A stretch of 42,828 nt of DNA from a virus. Lineage: Duplodnaviria; Caudoviricetes. Within the stretch, counting starts at the first letter, position 1, and each line of letters opens with the position of its first letter. The DNA lies in IMG/VR virus record IMGVR_UViG_3300019872_000006, positions 1 through 42,828 of that record; one strand, 5' to 3'. The translations under genes were made by a program, and so were the position numbers. Below, piece by piece: positions 8,620 through 16,692 of the stretch. The notes beneath the pieces were generated by a model. It was not told the DNA's origin, did not search any database, and saw only the letters and a program-made list of their open reading frames with translations.

Positions 8620-9441
8620 ATGGCCTCTGGCGAACTCGAAATCGAGCAATCGAGCGAGAGAAAGTCACGAACAGCAGGAGTTATATGGGGCATAGCAAAG
8701 TGTGGTAAAACTACCTTCCTCACTTCTCTGCCCGGTAAGAAGCTGTTCGTGATGCTCGACCCCGACGGTGACATGTCTCTACCTGACTCACCGGATATTC
8801 ATATTCTCCGCCTCTACGAGCAACCGGATGATTTGATCATTCGGTATCTCACAGATAAACTTCCAACCCTTCTTCGTCGTAACGAACAACAGTTTGATAG
8901 TTGTATTGTCGATAGTCTCTCCACACTTGGGCAGATATGTCTTAATGAAGCTATCCGAACAAACGTCGGTGAGTCGTCGAAGAACGGTGAAAAGTTTAAA
9001 CCCACTATCGATGCTCCGGGACTATCCGCATACGGCTCTCGTACTGCTCGTACTGTAGATATTGTGAACAAAGTCCTACGTGCTACAGGGTCTGTAGGGA
9101 TGCATTGCTGGTTCACTTCTCACGAAGACGAGCCTAAGACCAACGCTAAGGGTGACTTCCTCGGCAGTACCATGACTTTGAGTGGTAAGGCCATTAATGG
9201 CGTAGGACTTAACGTTAGTGAGATATGGTACATGTCACAACACGACGGCAAGTGGAAGATAGCAATCTCACCTTGCCGTGGGCGATCGCCAATGGGGTCG
9301 AGATTATTCGACGTCACTGGTGATATCGAATTCCGTCTCAAGTTCAATCCTGAGCTTGGTACGGATCAACCGCACTCCATCACTACTTGGTATAACACAT
9401 GGGTAGCCAGTGGACGTGCAAAATTAGAGGTTCCGAAGTGA
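8620..9441 (+). CDS. AAA_24/Sak4-like P-loop ATPase (recombination or annealing)
   Basis: Walker A GIAKCGKTT, Walker B IVDSLS, HE motif; located between exonuclease and SSB. Confidence 0.8.
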   Translation: MASGELEIEQSSERKSRTAGVIWGIAKCGKTTFLTSLPGKKLFVMLDPDGDMSLPDSPDIHILRLYEQPDDLIIRYLTDKLPTLLRRNEQQFDSCIVDSLSTLGQICLNEAIRTNVGESSKNGEKFKPTIDAPGLSAYGSRTARTVDIVNKVLRATGSVGMHCWFTSHEDEPKTNAKGDFLGSTMTLSGKAINGVGLNVSEIWYMSQHDGKWKIAISPCRGRSPMGSRLFDVTGDIEFRLKFNPELGTDQPHSITTWYNTWVASGRAKLEVPK

Positions 9442-9704
9442 TAACATTACACAAAGGACTGCCTGTGAAGGGTTATGGCGATCAGTCTACAGAGGCTGTA
9501 GCACAGGACAATTTGAACAAAGAGAACGAAGAACGACTTCTTCGTCTCATTGATCTTCTAAATGATACGGGAGACTACGATGGCCGGTGGTTGTCGATTG
9601 CTCGTACTCATTTTCAAGAGGGATATATGGCACTGAATCGTGCTATATTCCGACCGAGCCGGATTAGTCTTCCAGAAGATACTCCTTCGAAGGTGGAAGA
9701 TTAA
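9438..9704 (+). CDS. acb2: Anti-CBASS cyclic-nucleotide sponge, Acb2/Vs.4-like
   Basis: KGY...N-x2-KE...GRWLSIARTHFQEGYMALNRAIFRP resembles Acb2 KGY...N-x2-KE...[25 protein letters not shown]; GTGA overlap start. Confidence 0.8.
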   Translation: MITLHKGLPVKGYGDQSTEAVAQDNLNKENEERLLRLIDLLNDTGDYDGRWLSIARTHFQEGYMALNRAIFRPSRISLPEDTPSKVED

Positions 9705-9736
9705 TTCAAACTGAACCTTAATTAAGGATAACCACT

Positions 9737-10222
9737 ATGGCTAAGGCCGCTGCTAAAACTACCAACAACGAAACTGCAACAAAGGAACGTAACGTGAGCA
9801 ACAACGAAAACATTCTTGAACTGGATATGGACCTTGAAGAGTTCGACGATTTCGAACCCCTTCCCGCTGGTGAATATCCTGCAGAAGTTCGTTCTGCTGA
9901 AAAGCGTATCTCGGATAAGGGAAATGAGTACTACTATATGGTGCTCAATATCCACCCCGACGACTTCCCTGCTGACTACGCAATCGAAAATGCACCAGAA
10001 GGTATGAACCTTATCTATGCACGCCTGCAGGTTCCTACTGCTGCTAACCGTCGTTCTATTACCGCGGTTAAGAAGTTCTACCGTGCAATCGGCCTGACTC
10101 TCAAGACTTCGATCATCAACCCCGGCGAATGGGAAGGCAAGAAGACCAAGGTTCTTCTCGGCCGTTCGGAATATAATGGTGAAGATCGTAACGACGTCAA
10201 GGGTCTCGAAGCCCTCGACTAA
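9737..10222 (+). CDS. Single-stranded DNA-binding protein (DUF669-like)
   Basis: DFEPLPAGEYPAEV...EYNGEDRNDVK; position after the AAA ATPase. Confidence 0.75.
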   Translation: MAKAAAKTTNNETATKERNVSNNENILELDMDLEEFDDFEPLPAGEYPAEVRSAEKRISDKGNEYYYMVLNIHPDDFPADYAIENAPEGMNLIYARLQVPTAANRRSITAVKKFYRAIGLTLKTSIINPGEWEGKKTKVLLGRSEYNGEDRNDVKGLEALD

Positions 10223-10246
10223 AGCTCTCGACTAACTACAGAGTCT

Positions 10247-10275
10247 GTAGGAGGCATTCGTGCCTCCTACTTCTC
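10247..10275 (+). terminator. Stable hairpin or possible terminator after SSB
   Basis: GTAGGAGGCA-TTCG-TGCCTCCTAC perfect 10-bp stem; weak U-tract. Confidence 0.55.
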
Positions 10276-10304
10276 CTCCTGCAACCCAATCGAAAGATTT
10301 CCCA

Positions 10305-11480
10305 ATGCAATTTAGCGAAGAGCAGGAAGCTGCGATCGATCTCGCCAGTGACCGTAGTAAGAAACTCGTAGGTGTAACCGGTGAGGCCGGAACTGGTAAG
10401 ACTACTATTCTTAAAGAAGTAGAACGTAACCTCGAAGGCGATACGTGTCTTTGTGCTCCGACTGGTCGTGCAGCTAAACGTATTCAGGAAGCTACTGGTG
10501 TACGTGCCATGACCATTCATCGTATGTTGAAAATCGGCATGCCCGATGAAGATGACGACCCTTCTCTCCCCGCGTACGATAAGTTTAATAAGATGCCGTA
10601 TGACAACATCCTTGTTGATGAGTCATCCATGGTTGCTGATGATCTATATAGGATGATCATTGATGCAATGAAAGCTTCCGCTTGTGTGAGGTTCTTTGGA
10701 GATGCTAACCAATTGCCGCCTGTTACTGGTGTATCTCCATTTTTGGCTCTTCTCGAAAAATGGCCTTCTGCCATCCTTACCCACAACTATCGTAGTGATG
10801 ACGGCGTTGTTAGTGCTGCTCGCTCTATTATACGTGGACGTACCCCACAGGCTAACGGCCAGTTTCAAATGATAAATCCTGGTACTGGCAACCTTCTCCC
10901 TGCTGCGGATAAGTTTATCGATGACACGTTTCGTGGTATGAATTCGCAAATTATCATTCCTACGAAAAAAGGTAAATACGGAACCTTTGCTGTTAATCGT
11001 TGGGTTCAAAACAAACTCAATCCCTCTGGTAAATCTCTGCGTCTCAAGTATAAAAATCAGTATGATGAGGTTGAGGAATTCGTTTACCGTATTGGTGATA
11101 AAGTCATCTGGACCAAGAATGACTACCAGCTACGTTTAATGAATGGTGAGATTGGTTGGGTCGTGGACTTTGATACCGACTCTGGTGAAATGGTTATCAA
11201 TTTTAGTGGTAAGGATAGGCTTATTCCGCCACTTTTGGAGCAGTTTGATGCTAAACGAGGAAGAAATATCTTCTCTTATGATCCGCGTAAAAACCTTGAT
11301 CTCGCTTACGCAATTACCACACACAAGGCACAAGGTTCAGAGTTTAAAACTGTACTGTTACTTCTCAACCGTTCCTATGTGCTTAATAGAGCTAACTTCT
11401 ACACGGCAGTTACACGAGCTAAAGATAACGTTACCTGTTTGTTTGGACCCGGAGGTCTTCACGCCGCAATGAGCAAATGA
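10305..11480 (+). CDS. RecD/Dda-like SF1B DNA helicase
   Basis: GEAGTGKTT, APTGRAAKR, VDESSM, GDANQLPPV, AYAITTHKAQGSEF, YTAVTRAK. Confidence 0.93.
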   Translation: MQFSEEQEAAIDLASDRSKKLVGVTGEAGTGKTTILKEVERNLEGDTCLCAPTGRAAKRIQEATGVRAMTIHRMLKIGMPDEDDDPSLPAYDKFNKMPYDNILVDESSMVADDLYRMIIDAMKASACVRFFGDANQLPPVTGVSPFLALLEKWPSAILTHNYRSDDGVVSAARSIIRGRTPQANGQFQMINPGTGNLLPAADKFIDDTFRGMNSQIIIPTKKGKYGTFAVNRWVQNKLNPSGKSLRLKYKNQYDEVEEFVYRIGDKVIWTKNDYQLRLMNGEIGWVVDFDTDSGEMVINFSGKDRLIPPLLEQFDAKRGRNIFSYDPRKNLDLAYAITTHKAQGSEFKTVLLLLNRSYVLNRANFYTAVTRAKDNVTCLFGPGGLHAAMSK

Positions 11481-11517
11481 GCTACAGAGTCTGTAACTAC
11501 AAGCTTAGGAGTTGTAG

Positions 11518-11769
11518 ATGAAAACACGTCTATCTCGTACCAACTATCCCCATGTTCCTTGCACTCATCCCGATCCTCTTATCAAACAGCTATTCGACAT
11601 TATCGATGATCGTAAGCTATCCTTTCGTTCGATATGTCGAGTGGCCAAGATCGATAACCAAACTTTGGAACGTATTCGCTATCGTGAGCATTTACCAAAC
11701 TATGCTACGCTAAAGAAGATAGCTGAGACCATTGGTTATCAACTTACTTTGGAGAAAACACATGTCTAG
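11518..11769 (+). CDS. XRE-family helix-turn-helix protein
   Basis: LSFRSICRVAKIDNQTLERI...PNYATLKKIAETIG; AGGAG RBS. Confidence 0.75.
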   Translation: MKTRLSRTNYPHVPCTHPDPLIKQLFDIIDDRKLSFRSICRVAKIDNQTLERIRYREHLPNYATLKKIAETIGYQLTLEKTHV

Positions 11770-11935
11770 TGAAATACGTATAGTTGCCATTTGGGCAATC
11801 GTGGTAATCACATTGGCAATACTTGCATCTATATTCTTGCATGGTTGTGCTCAGCCACCACATACAGTCAACAAGGGAGAAGATCAGCTATGGACAGTTT
11901 TGAAATATCACGAAAATCATCCAACAGTACCCTAA
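11762..11935 (+). CDS. Small membrane protein or lipoprotein
   Basis: GGAG RBS; hydrophobic helix ending LHGC. Confidence 0.6.
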   Translation: MSSEIRIVAIWAIVVITLAILASIFLHGCAQPPHTVNKGEDQLWTVLKYHENHPTVP

Positions 11936-12336
11936 GCGAACGTGAGCTACAGGTCCTGTATCATGTACAGCAGGGTTCGCCGAACAAGCGTATTGCTCAT
12001 TTGCTTGGCATTTCTGAACACACTGTACGAGTTCATGTTCGTGTGATCCTTCGTAAGACTAATTCACTTAACCGCGTAGAGGCTGCCCTGAAAACTCTCG
12101 GTAAAGATACTGCTGGTTCTACACATTCTCCAACTTTGCAGTTTTGGTATACAAATCATCGTGGTGAGGTTGCTCAAAGGAACGTAGTAAATCCTGTATT
12201 CTTCTATGGAGCAACTGAATACTATCCCGATGTCCAATGGCTTATTCATGCATTCGATCTCGACAAGGATGATACACGTACTTTTGCCGTTCGCAATATT
12301 GACTCGTTTAAGGGAATTGATAATGCACAATCTTAA
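11890..12336 (+). CDS. LuxR/NarL-type HTH fused to a WYL-like domain
   Basis: LSERELQVL...GSPNKRIAHLLGISEHTVRVHVRVILRK plus FWYTNHRGEVAQRNV...WLIHAFDLDKDDTRTFAVRNI. Confidence 0.8.
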   Translation: MDSFEISRKSSNSTLSERELQVLYHVQQGSPNKRIAHLLGISEHTVRVHVRVILRKTNSLNRVEAALKTLGKDTAGSTHSPTLQFWYTNHRGEVAQRNVVNPVFFYGATEYYPDVQWLIHAFDLDKDDTRTFAVRNIDSFKGIDNAQS

Positions 12337-14809
12337 GGAGCTTCAAGATGAGTACAAAGCCCGAGCCCGAGACCTTGGACTCCATGTCCAAGTCGGTGGA
12401 GACGGAAACTTTAATGCTGAATATGCTATTATTGGCGAAGGCCCCGGCCAAACTGAACTCAACGAAGGAAGGGCTTTTGTCGGTAGTTCAGGTCGAATGC
12501 TTTGGGATGGTCTCCGTCCTTCGAGACTCCTCAGAACCGATTTTTATGTCACGAACGTTTGCAAACGCCAAATATCCTTGGCTAAGAATACCAAGCACCC
12601 TGTTAATGCAGACGAATGGGCTAAGTGGCAGCATATGGTACAATGGGAGTTGGAACAACTTCCCAATCTTAAATACATACTATGCCTCGGAAATGCAGGT
12701 CTTGCTGCCTTGTTTGGCTGGACAGGAGTTTCTAAATATCGAGGGTCGGTTTATGATTACAAAGGTCGCACGACCCTTATTAGTCTTAACCCCGCAGCCG
12801 TACTCAGAGAGCCCAAGGATGAAATCATCTTTAGGCTTGATATGGCAAGATTTGGTACAGTGGTTAAAGGAGATTATAAACAGCACGAGATAACCACGAT
12901 CATTAATCCGTCATTCAAAGAGGCCAATGAGTATATCGACATGCTCATTGGTGAAGATCGTCCTGTCAGCTACGACATTGAAACCATTGCTCGTGAAACC
13001 GCTTGTCACGGAATTGGTAATACTGCACATGAAGCAATGTGTATCAATCTCCGTACCAGATTTGACAACTTCTACTCTCCACACGAGGAGCTACATATCC
13101 TGTATCACTTGCAGGAAATGTTCGACAAGAAGAAGATAATCGCACAGAATGGAAATTTCGATGCACATTGGGTTGGCTATAAAGACCTTCTATCATGCGA
13201 TATTTGGTTTGATACAATGCTCGCACATCACACACTCTATCCTACCCTTCCCCACGGTCTCGGCTTCCTTACTTCTCAGTACACAACCCATCCATACTAC
13301 AAAGATGAACTTGCGATGTGGAAAGAAGGAGGGGATATCGATGACTTCTGGAGGTATAATTGTAAAGACGTGGCAATCACATACGCCTGCCACGAAAGAC
13401 TAATGCGAGAACTACAGGAACAAAAACTCAATAAATTCTTCTTTGACCATGTCATGCATCTCGATAAGTACCTAGTCCAAGCCACAGTAGACGGTCTACT
13501 TACAGACCCTGTAGCCAAGGAGCGTGTTGCTTATAAACTGAAACATGGGTTTATTGATGACGAAGGGCAGTTTATCGATGGTCTGGATCAGATCACTGAG
13601 AACATATACCGTCTTGCCCAAGAAGAACTGCGGCTTCCTGAAACTTACCGCCCCAATCTCAACTCTGGCCCACAAATGAAAGAGCTGTTCCTTACTAAGC
13701 TCAATCTAAAATCAACGGATGGTTCATTCGATGCTGGAACAAGAACAAAGATACTTAACGACTCTCGCACTTCCATGGCCGCTCAACAACTGGTCCTTGA
13801 GTATAATAAGTACCAGAAAGCCGCCAAGTTCTTTTCTACGTATGCAGAGGGTAGGGTCGATCCTGATCAGCGTACACGATATACATTCAAACAACAAGGA
13901 GTTGCAGCTGCACCGGGGCGTCTATCTTCATCGGGAAACCTTTGGGGAACTAGTCAAAATATACAAAACCAACCAAAAGCGGCATACGAATTCTATATAG
14001 CAGATACAGGTCCTGTAGCTACAACTCACATGTTCTACTTTGACTTGTCTCAAGCAGAAGCCCGTGTTGTTGCATATCTTGCTGACATTGAACATTGGAA
14101 GGAGGACTTTGAACGTGCCCGACTTGGTGGTGATTACGACGCTCATAGATCATTGGCTTCGACGATGTACGGAATTCCCTATGACCTCGTGCCGAAAGAA
14201 GACCATGACGAATTTGGCGCTTTTACAGTCCGGTACAAGGCCAAGCGTTGCCGTCACGGTCTTAACTATACAATGCAATGGCCGAGGCTTGCAGAAACTA
14301 CTGGAATGTCTCCGTACGAGTCCAAACGTTCGTACATCCTATATCATAAAGTTAACCCTGAGATACAGCGATGGTGGAAGCAGCTTGAACTTATTGCCAG
14401 ACGAGATAAAGAATTATGGTCTCCCTTGGGTCGGCGACTACGTATCCTACAACGCATCGATGAGGATAGTTTGGGCAACTTGGTCGCGTTTGTCCCCCAA
14501 TCAACAATTGGTGACAAAGTAAAACAGGTGTGGTATCAGTGTGCTGAGGATGATGATTGGGACAACTCTAAAATGCGTCTCAAGATTAACGTTCACGATG
14601 CCCTAATTGGCCTCGGTGCTAATCGAAATTACGCAGAAAAAGCCCTGCGTATTGCAAAGAAGTATGCCGAAAGTCCTATTATGATACAGGACATATACAA
14701 ACGTAAGACTGAACCACTCATCATTCCTGCTGATGTGGCAATATCGGTCCCCGATGAACAAGGAATACACAGATGGTCGACACTAAAAAAGATCAAAAAC
14801 TTCACCTGA
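12323..14809 (+). CDS. polA: Family A DNA polymerase with N-terminal UDG-like domain and 3'-5' exonuclease
   Basis: IGEGPG..E..G..FVG (UDG family 4-like); YDIET, NGNFD, YNCKD (exo); GRLSS, DLSQAEAR, VHD (pol motifs). Confidence 0.93.
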   Translation: MHNLKELQDEYKARARDLGLHVQVGGDGNFNAEYAIIGEGPGQTELNEGRAFVGSSGRMLWDGLRPSRLLRTDFYVTNVCKRQISLAKNTKHPVNADEWAKWQHMVQWELEQLPNLKYILCLGNAGLAALFGWTGVSKYRGSVYDYKGRTTLISLNPAAVLREPKDEIIFRLDMARFGTVVKGDYKQHEITTIINPSFKEANEYIDMLIGEDRPVSYDIETIARETACHGIGNTAHEAMCINLRTRFDNFYSPHEELHILYHLQEMFDKKKIIAQNGNFDAHWVGYKDLLSCDIWFDTMLAHHTLYPTLPHGLGFLTSQYTTHPYYKDELAMWKEGGDIDDFWRYNCKDVAITYACHERLMRELQEQKLNKFFFDHVMHLDKYLVQATVDGLLTDPVAKERVAYKLKHGFIDDEGQFIDGLDQITENIYRLAQEELRLPETYRPNLNSGPQMKELFLTKLNLKSTDGSFDAGTRTKILNDSRTSMAAQQLVLEYNKYQKAAKFFSTYAEGRVDPDQRTRYTFKQQGVAAAPGRLSSSGNLWGTSQNIQNQPKAAYEFYIADTGPVATTHMFYFDLSQAEARVVAYLADIEHWKEDFERARLGGDYDAHRSLASTMYGIPYDLVPKEDHDEFGAFTVRYKAKRCRHGLNYTMQWPRLAETTGMSPYESKRSYILYHKVNPEIQRWWKQLELIARRDKELWSPLGRRLRILQRIDEDSLGNLVAFVPQSTIGDKVKQVWYQCAEDDDWDNSKMRLKINVHDALIGLGANRNYAEKALRIAKKYAESPIMIQDIYKRKTEPLIIPADVAISVPDEQGIHRWSTLKKIKNFT

Positions 14810-14915
14810 CTACAGAGTCTGTAGTTACGCGTATCAAAGACAACCTAGAAACAGCAATGTATATCCTCATTCCATTCGGGATTATTTTGTTCGTAATCTT
14901 TAGAGGACCAATTGC

Positions 14916-15131
14916 ATGAAAACATCACGCGACCCTCGACATGAACAACGTAAATATCGTTGTGAACACGATCCCGATGATGACTCTCCGAAAGCCTATC
15001 GTGTTCAAATGGAAATTGATGGAGAATGGTATTGGTTTCCAAAGTCACAATGTGATATCCAAGTACTCGGTGGAACTACTTGGATATTCATGCCCAAATG
15101 GCTTGCTGATGATAAAGGATTTGAAGAATGA
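14916..15131 (+). CDS. Hypothetical protein
   Basis: GAGGA RBS; WFPKSQ...MPKWLA-x2-KG, a pattern common in small phage proteins. Confidence 0.75.
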   Translation: MKTSRDPRHEQRKYRCEHDPDDDSPKAYRVQMEIDGEWYWFPKSQCDIQVLGGTTWIFMPKWLADDKGFEE

Positions 15132-15541
15132 ATAAGCCTACAATCGCAGTGGATTTCGATGGCGTCATCTACCAACGCCCTAAATCAGAACGTGGAAACA
15201 TGGTTTACCTTGCCCCACCTGTTGCCGGAGCGATGAATTTCATTCGGTTCCTTACTTCTGCATTCGAAGTTGTGATTTTTAGTTCGCGTTTTACGGGTGA
15301 AAGAGCGGAAGAGTCAATTCAAAGTTGCAAAGATTGGTTCCTTCGACAACTGCATCATGAAGTTCTCATATGCATAGCCCAAGATAAACCGAGATTTGAT
15401 CCTCAAGAAATCTTCGATAAACTGCAATTTACAGCCATTAAACCAATTGCTCGTGTATATCTCGATGATCGAGCAGTTAAGTTTAGTGGGCAGTTTCCGC
15501 GTATTCCTGATCTTCTCAATTTTAAGACGTGGCTAGAATGA
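15128..15541 (+). CDS. HAD-superfamily phosphatase/nucleotidase-like protein
   Basis: IAVDFDGVI, SSR, KP, YLDDRA motifs. Confidence 0.85.
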   Translation: MNKPTIAVDFDGVIYQRPKSERGNMVYLAPPVAGAMNFIRFLTSAFEVVIFSSRFTGERAEESIQSCKDWFLRQLHHEVLICIAQDKPRFDPQEIFDKLQFTAIKPIARVYLDDRAVKFSGQFPRIPDLLNFKTWLE

Positions 15542-15762
15542 AATACTTCTTCTGTTATCAACAAAATATGACTGGCCAGTGGCAACCAGTTCTATTCCAC
15601 AATGATCCGCCAAATCTTAAACATGGTATTGAACAGTCATCGAATGGTGAGAAGTTCCCTACTACAGCCCCTGTAGCCATTGAGTCCGATGAAGAACCGG
15701 GTTTTCGATGGCTGCAAATTAACTATCCATTGGAGAATTTTATAAATGCCCAGACCAGTTGA
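15538..15762 (+). CDS. Hypothetical protein
   Basis: ATGA overlap; TTAPVA motif frame. Confidence 0.65.
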   Translation: MKYFFCYQQNMTGQWQPVLFHNDPPNLKHGIEQSSNGEKFPTTAPVAIESDEEPGFRWLQINYPLENFINAQTS

Positions 15763-16126
15763 AGGTTTCCACACAAAGGATGGCAGGTTCTTTGAGGATG
15801 AACAAGAAGCAATCATTCACGAAGTTATATATGTCCTCACCACTCGTCTCATTGAATGGAAAGATGACGAAACCGAGTTTCCTGAAACCAAATCTATCCC
15901 CAACGAAGTGCTTAGTTCACTACTTCTGAAAGCACTTCAGTTTATTGAGGTAAACAGAGATGAGGTTCTCACGTACCTTGCGGCTTCCAAAGCCATCGAA
16001 GACCGTATTACCACTCCACCTGTCCCTAGTGGAGAAAGCGAAGGAGCAAGCGAAAGCAACTCAACGTCACAAACTGTTCAACCTACTGGACAGCCTGCCC
16101 CGAGAGTGCCGAGACTTCGTAAATGA
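15746..16126 (+). CDS. Hypothetical protein
   Basis: GGAG RBS; F-x-TKDGRFFEDEQEA N-terminus. Confidence 0.7.
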   Translation: MPRPVEGFHTKDGRFFEDEQEAIIHEVIYVLTTRLIEWKDDETEFPETKSIPNEVLSSLLLKALQFIEVNRDEVLTYLAASKAIEDRITTPPVPSGESEGASESNSTSQTVQPTGQPAPRVPRLRK

Positions 16127-16265
16127 ATATGGACCTGTAATATTTCTAAAGTGGTACTTTAAAACTACGCCTAAAGTACCACTTTCCGCCCTAAAGGAGC
16201 AATTAATTAAGCGTAGGCATGAGGTAGAAAGTGGTAAGATTAGCGATCCCACTGACAAAGGATAG
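15960..16265 (+). CDS. Hypothetical protein overlapping the previous gene
   Basis: GAGG RBS; bridges the 16127-16230 gap. Confidence 0.55.
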   Translation: MRFSRTLRLPKPSKTVLPLHLSLVEKAKEQAKATQRHKLFNLLDSLPRECRDFVNEYGPVIFLKWYFKTTPKVPLSALKEQLIKRRHEVESGKISDPTDKG

Positions 16266-16692
16266 AATTGCGTGGGTTGATGAAAATGATTTCGATCGTG
16301 TTATGCAATTCAAATGGATAGCATGGACAAAGCGAGGTCTTTGGTATGCTCACAGTAATCTTGTAGGATATATGCACTGTTTCATTTTAGGAAGAACAGG
16401 TATTGACCACAAAGATCGTAATGGACTGAATAATGTACGTGATAATTTACGTGACGCAACAACACAACAAAACGGGCGTAATCGATCATTTACCAATTCA
16501 AATCATTACAAAGGAGTAAAACGAAACGGAAAGAAGTTTGGAGCAAGAATACAAATCGATGTAGGTCAAAGCCTTTGGTTAGGCTCTGCTACAGACCCTG
16601 TAACAGCTGCGAAAATGTACGACGAAGCAGCAATTAAACATTTTGGAGAGTTTGCTAATTTGAACTTTCCAAAGGAGGTGTCCCATCGCTAA
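16231..16692 (+). CDS. HNH endonuclease with C-terminal AP2 domain
   Basis: IDHKDRNGLNNVRDNLR; YKGV...LWLGS...AAKMYDEAAIKHFGEFANLNFP. Confidence 0.92.
   Translation: MVRLAIPLTKDRIAWVDENDFDRVMQFKWIAWTKRGLWYAHSNLVGYMHCFILGRTGIDHKDRNGLNNVRDNLRDATTQQNGRNRSFTNSNHYKGVKRNGKKFGARIQIDVGQSLWLGSATDPVTAAKMYDEAAIKHFGEFANLNFPKEVSHR

Noticed and set aside
11518-11769. Lysogeny module
   Set aside because: A lone XRE gene co-oriented within the replication operon; no integrase, partition genes or divergent cI/cro switch.
12206-12322. Longer N-terminus of PolA from the ORF track
   Set aside because: It overlaps the WYL domain coding region. ATG 12323 has an RBS and fits the domain start.
5758-14809. 2-aminoadenine (Z) or deazaguanine genome system
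   Set aside because: No purZ or queuosine-pathway genes were recognised.
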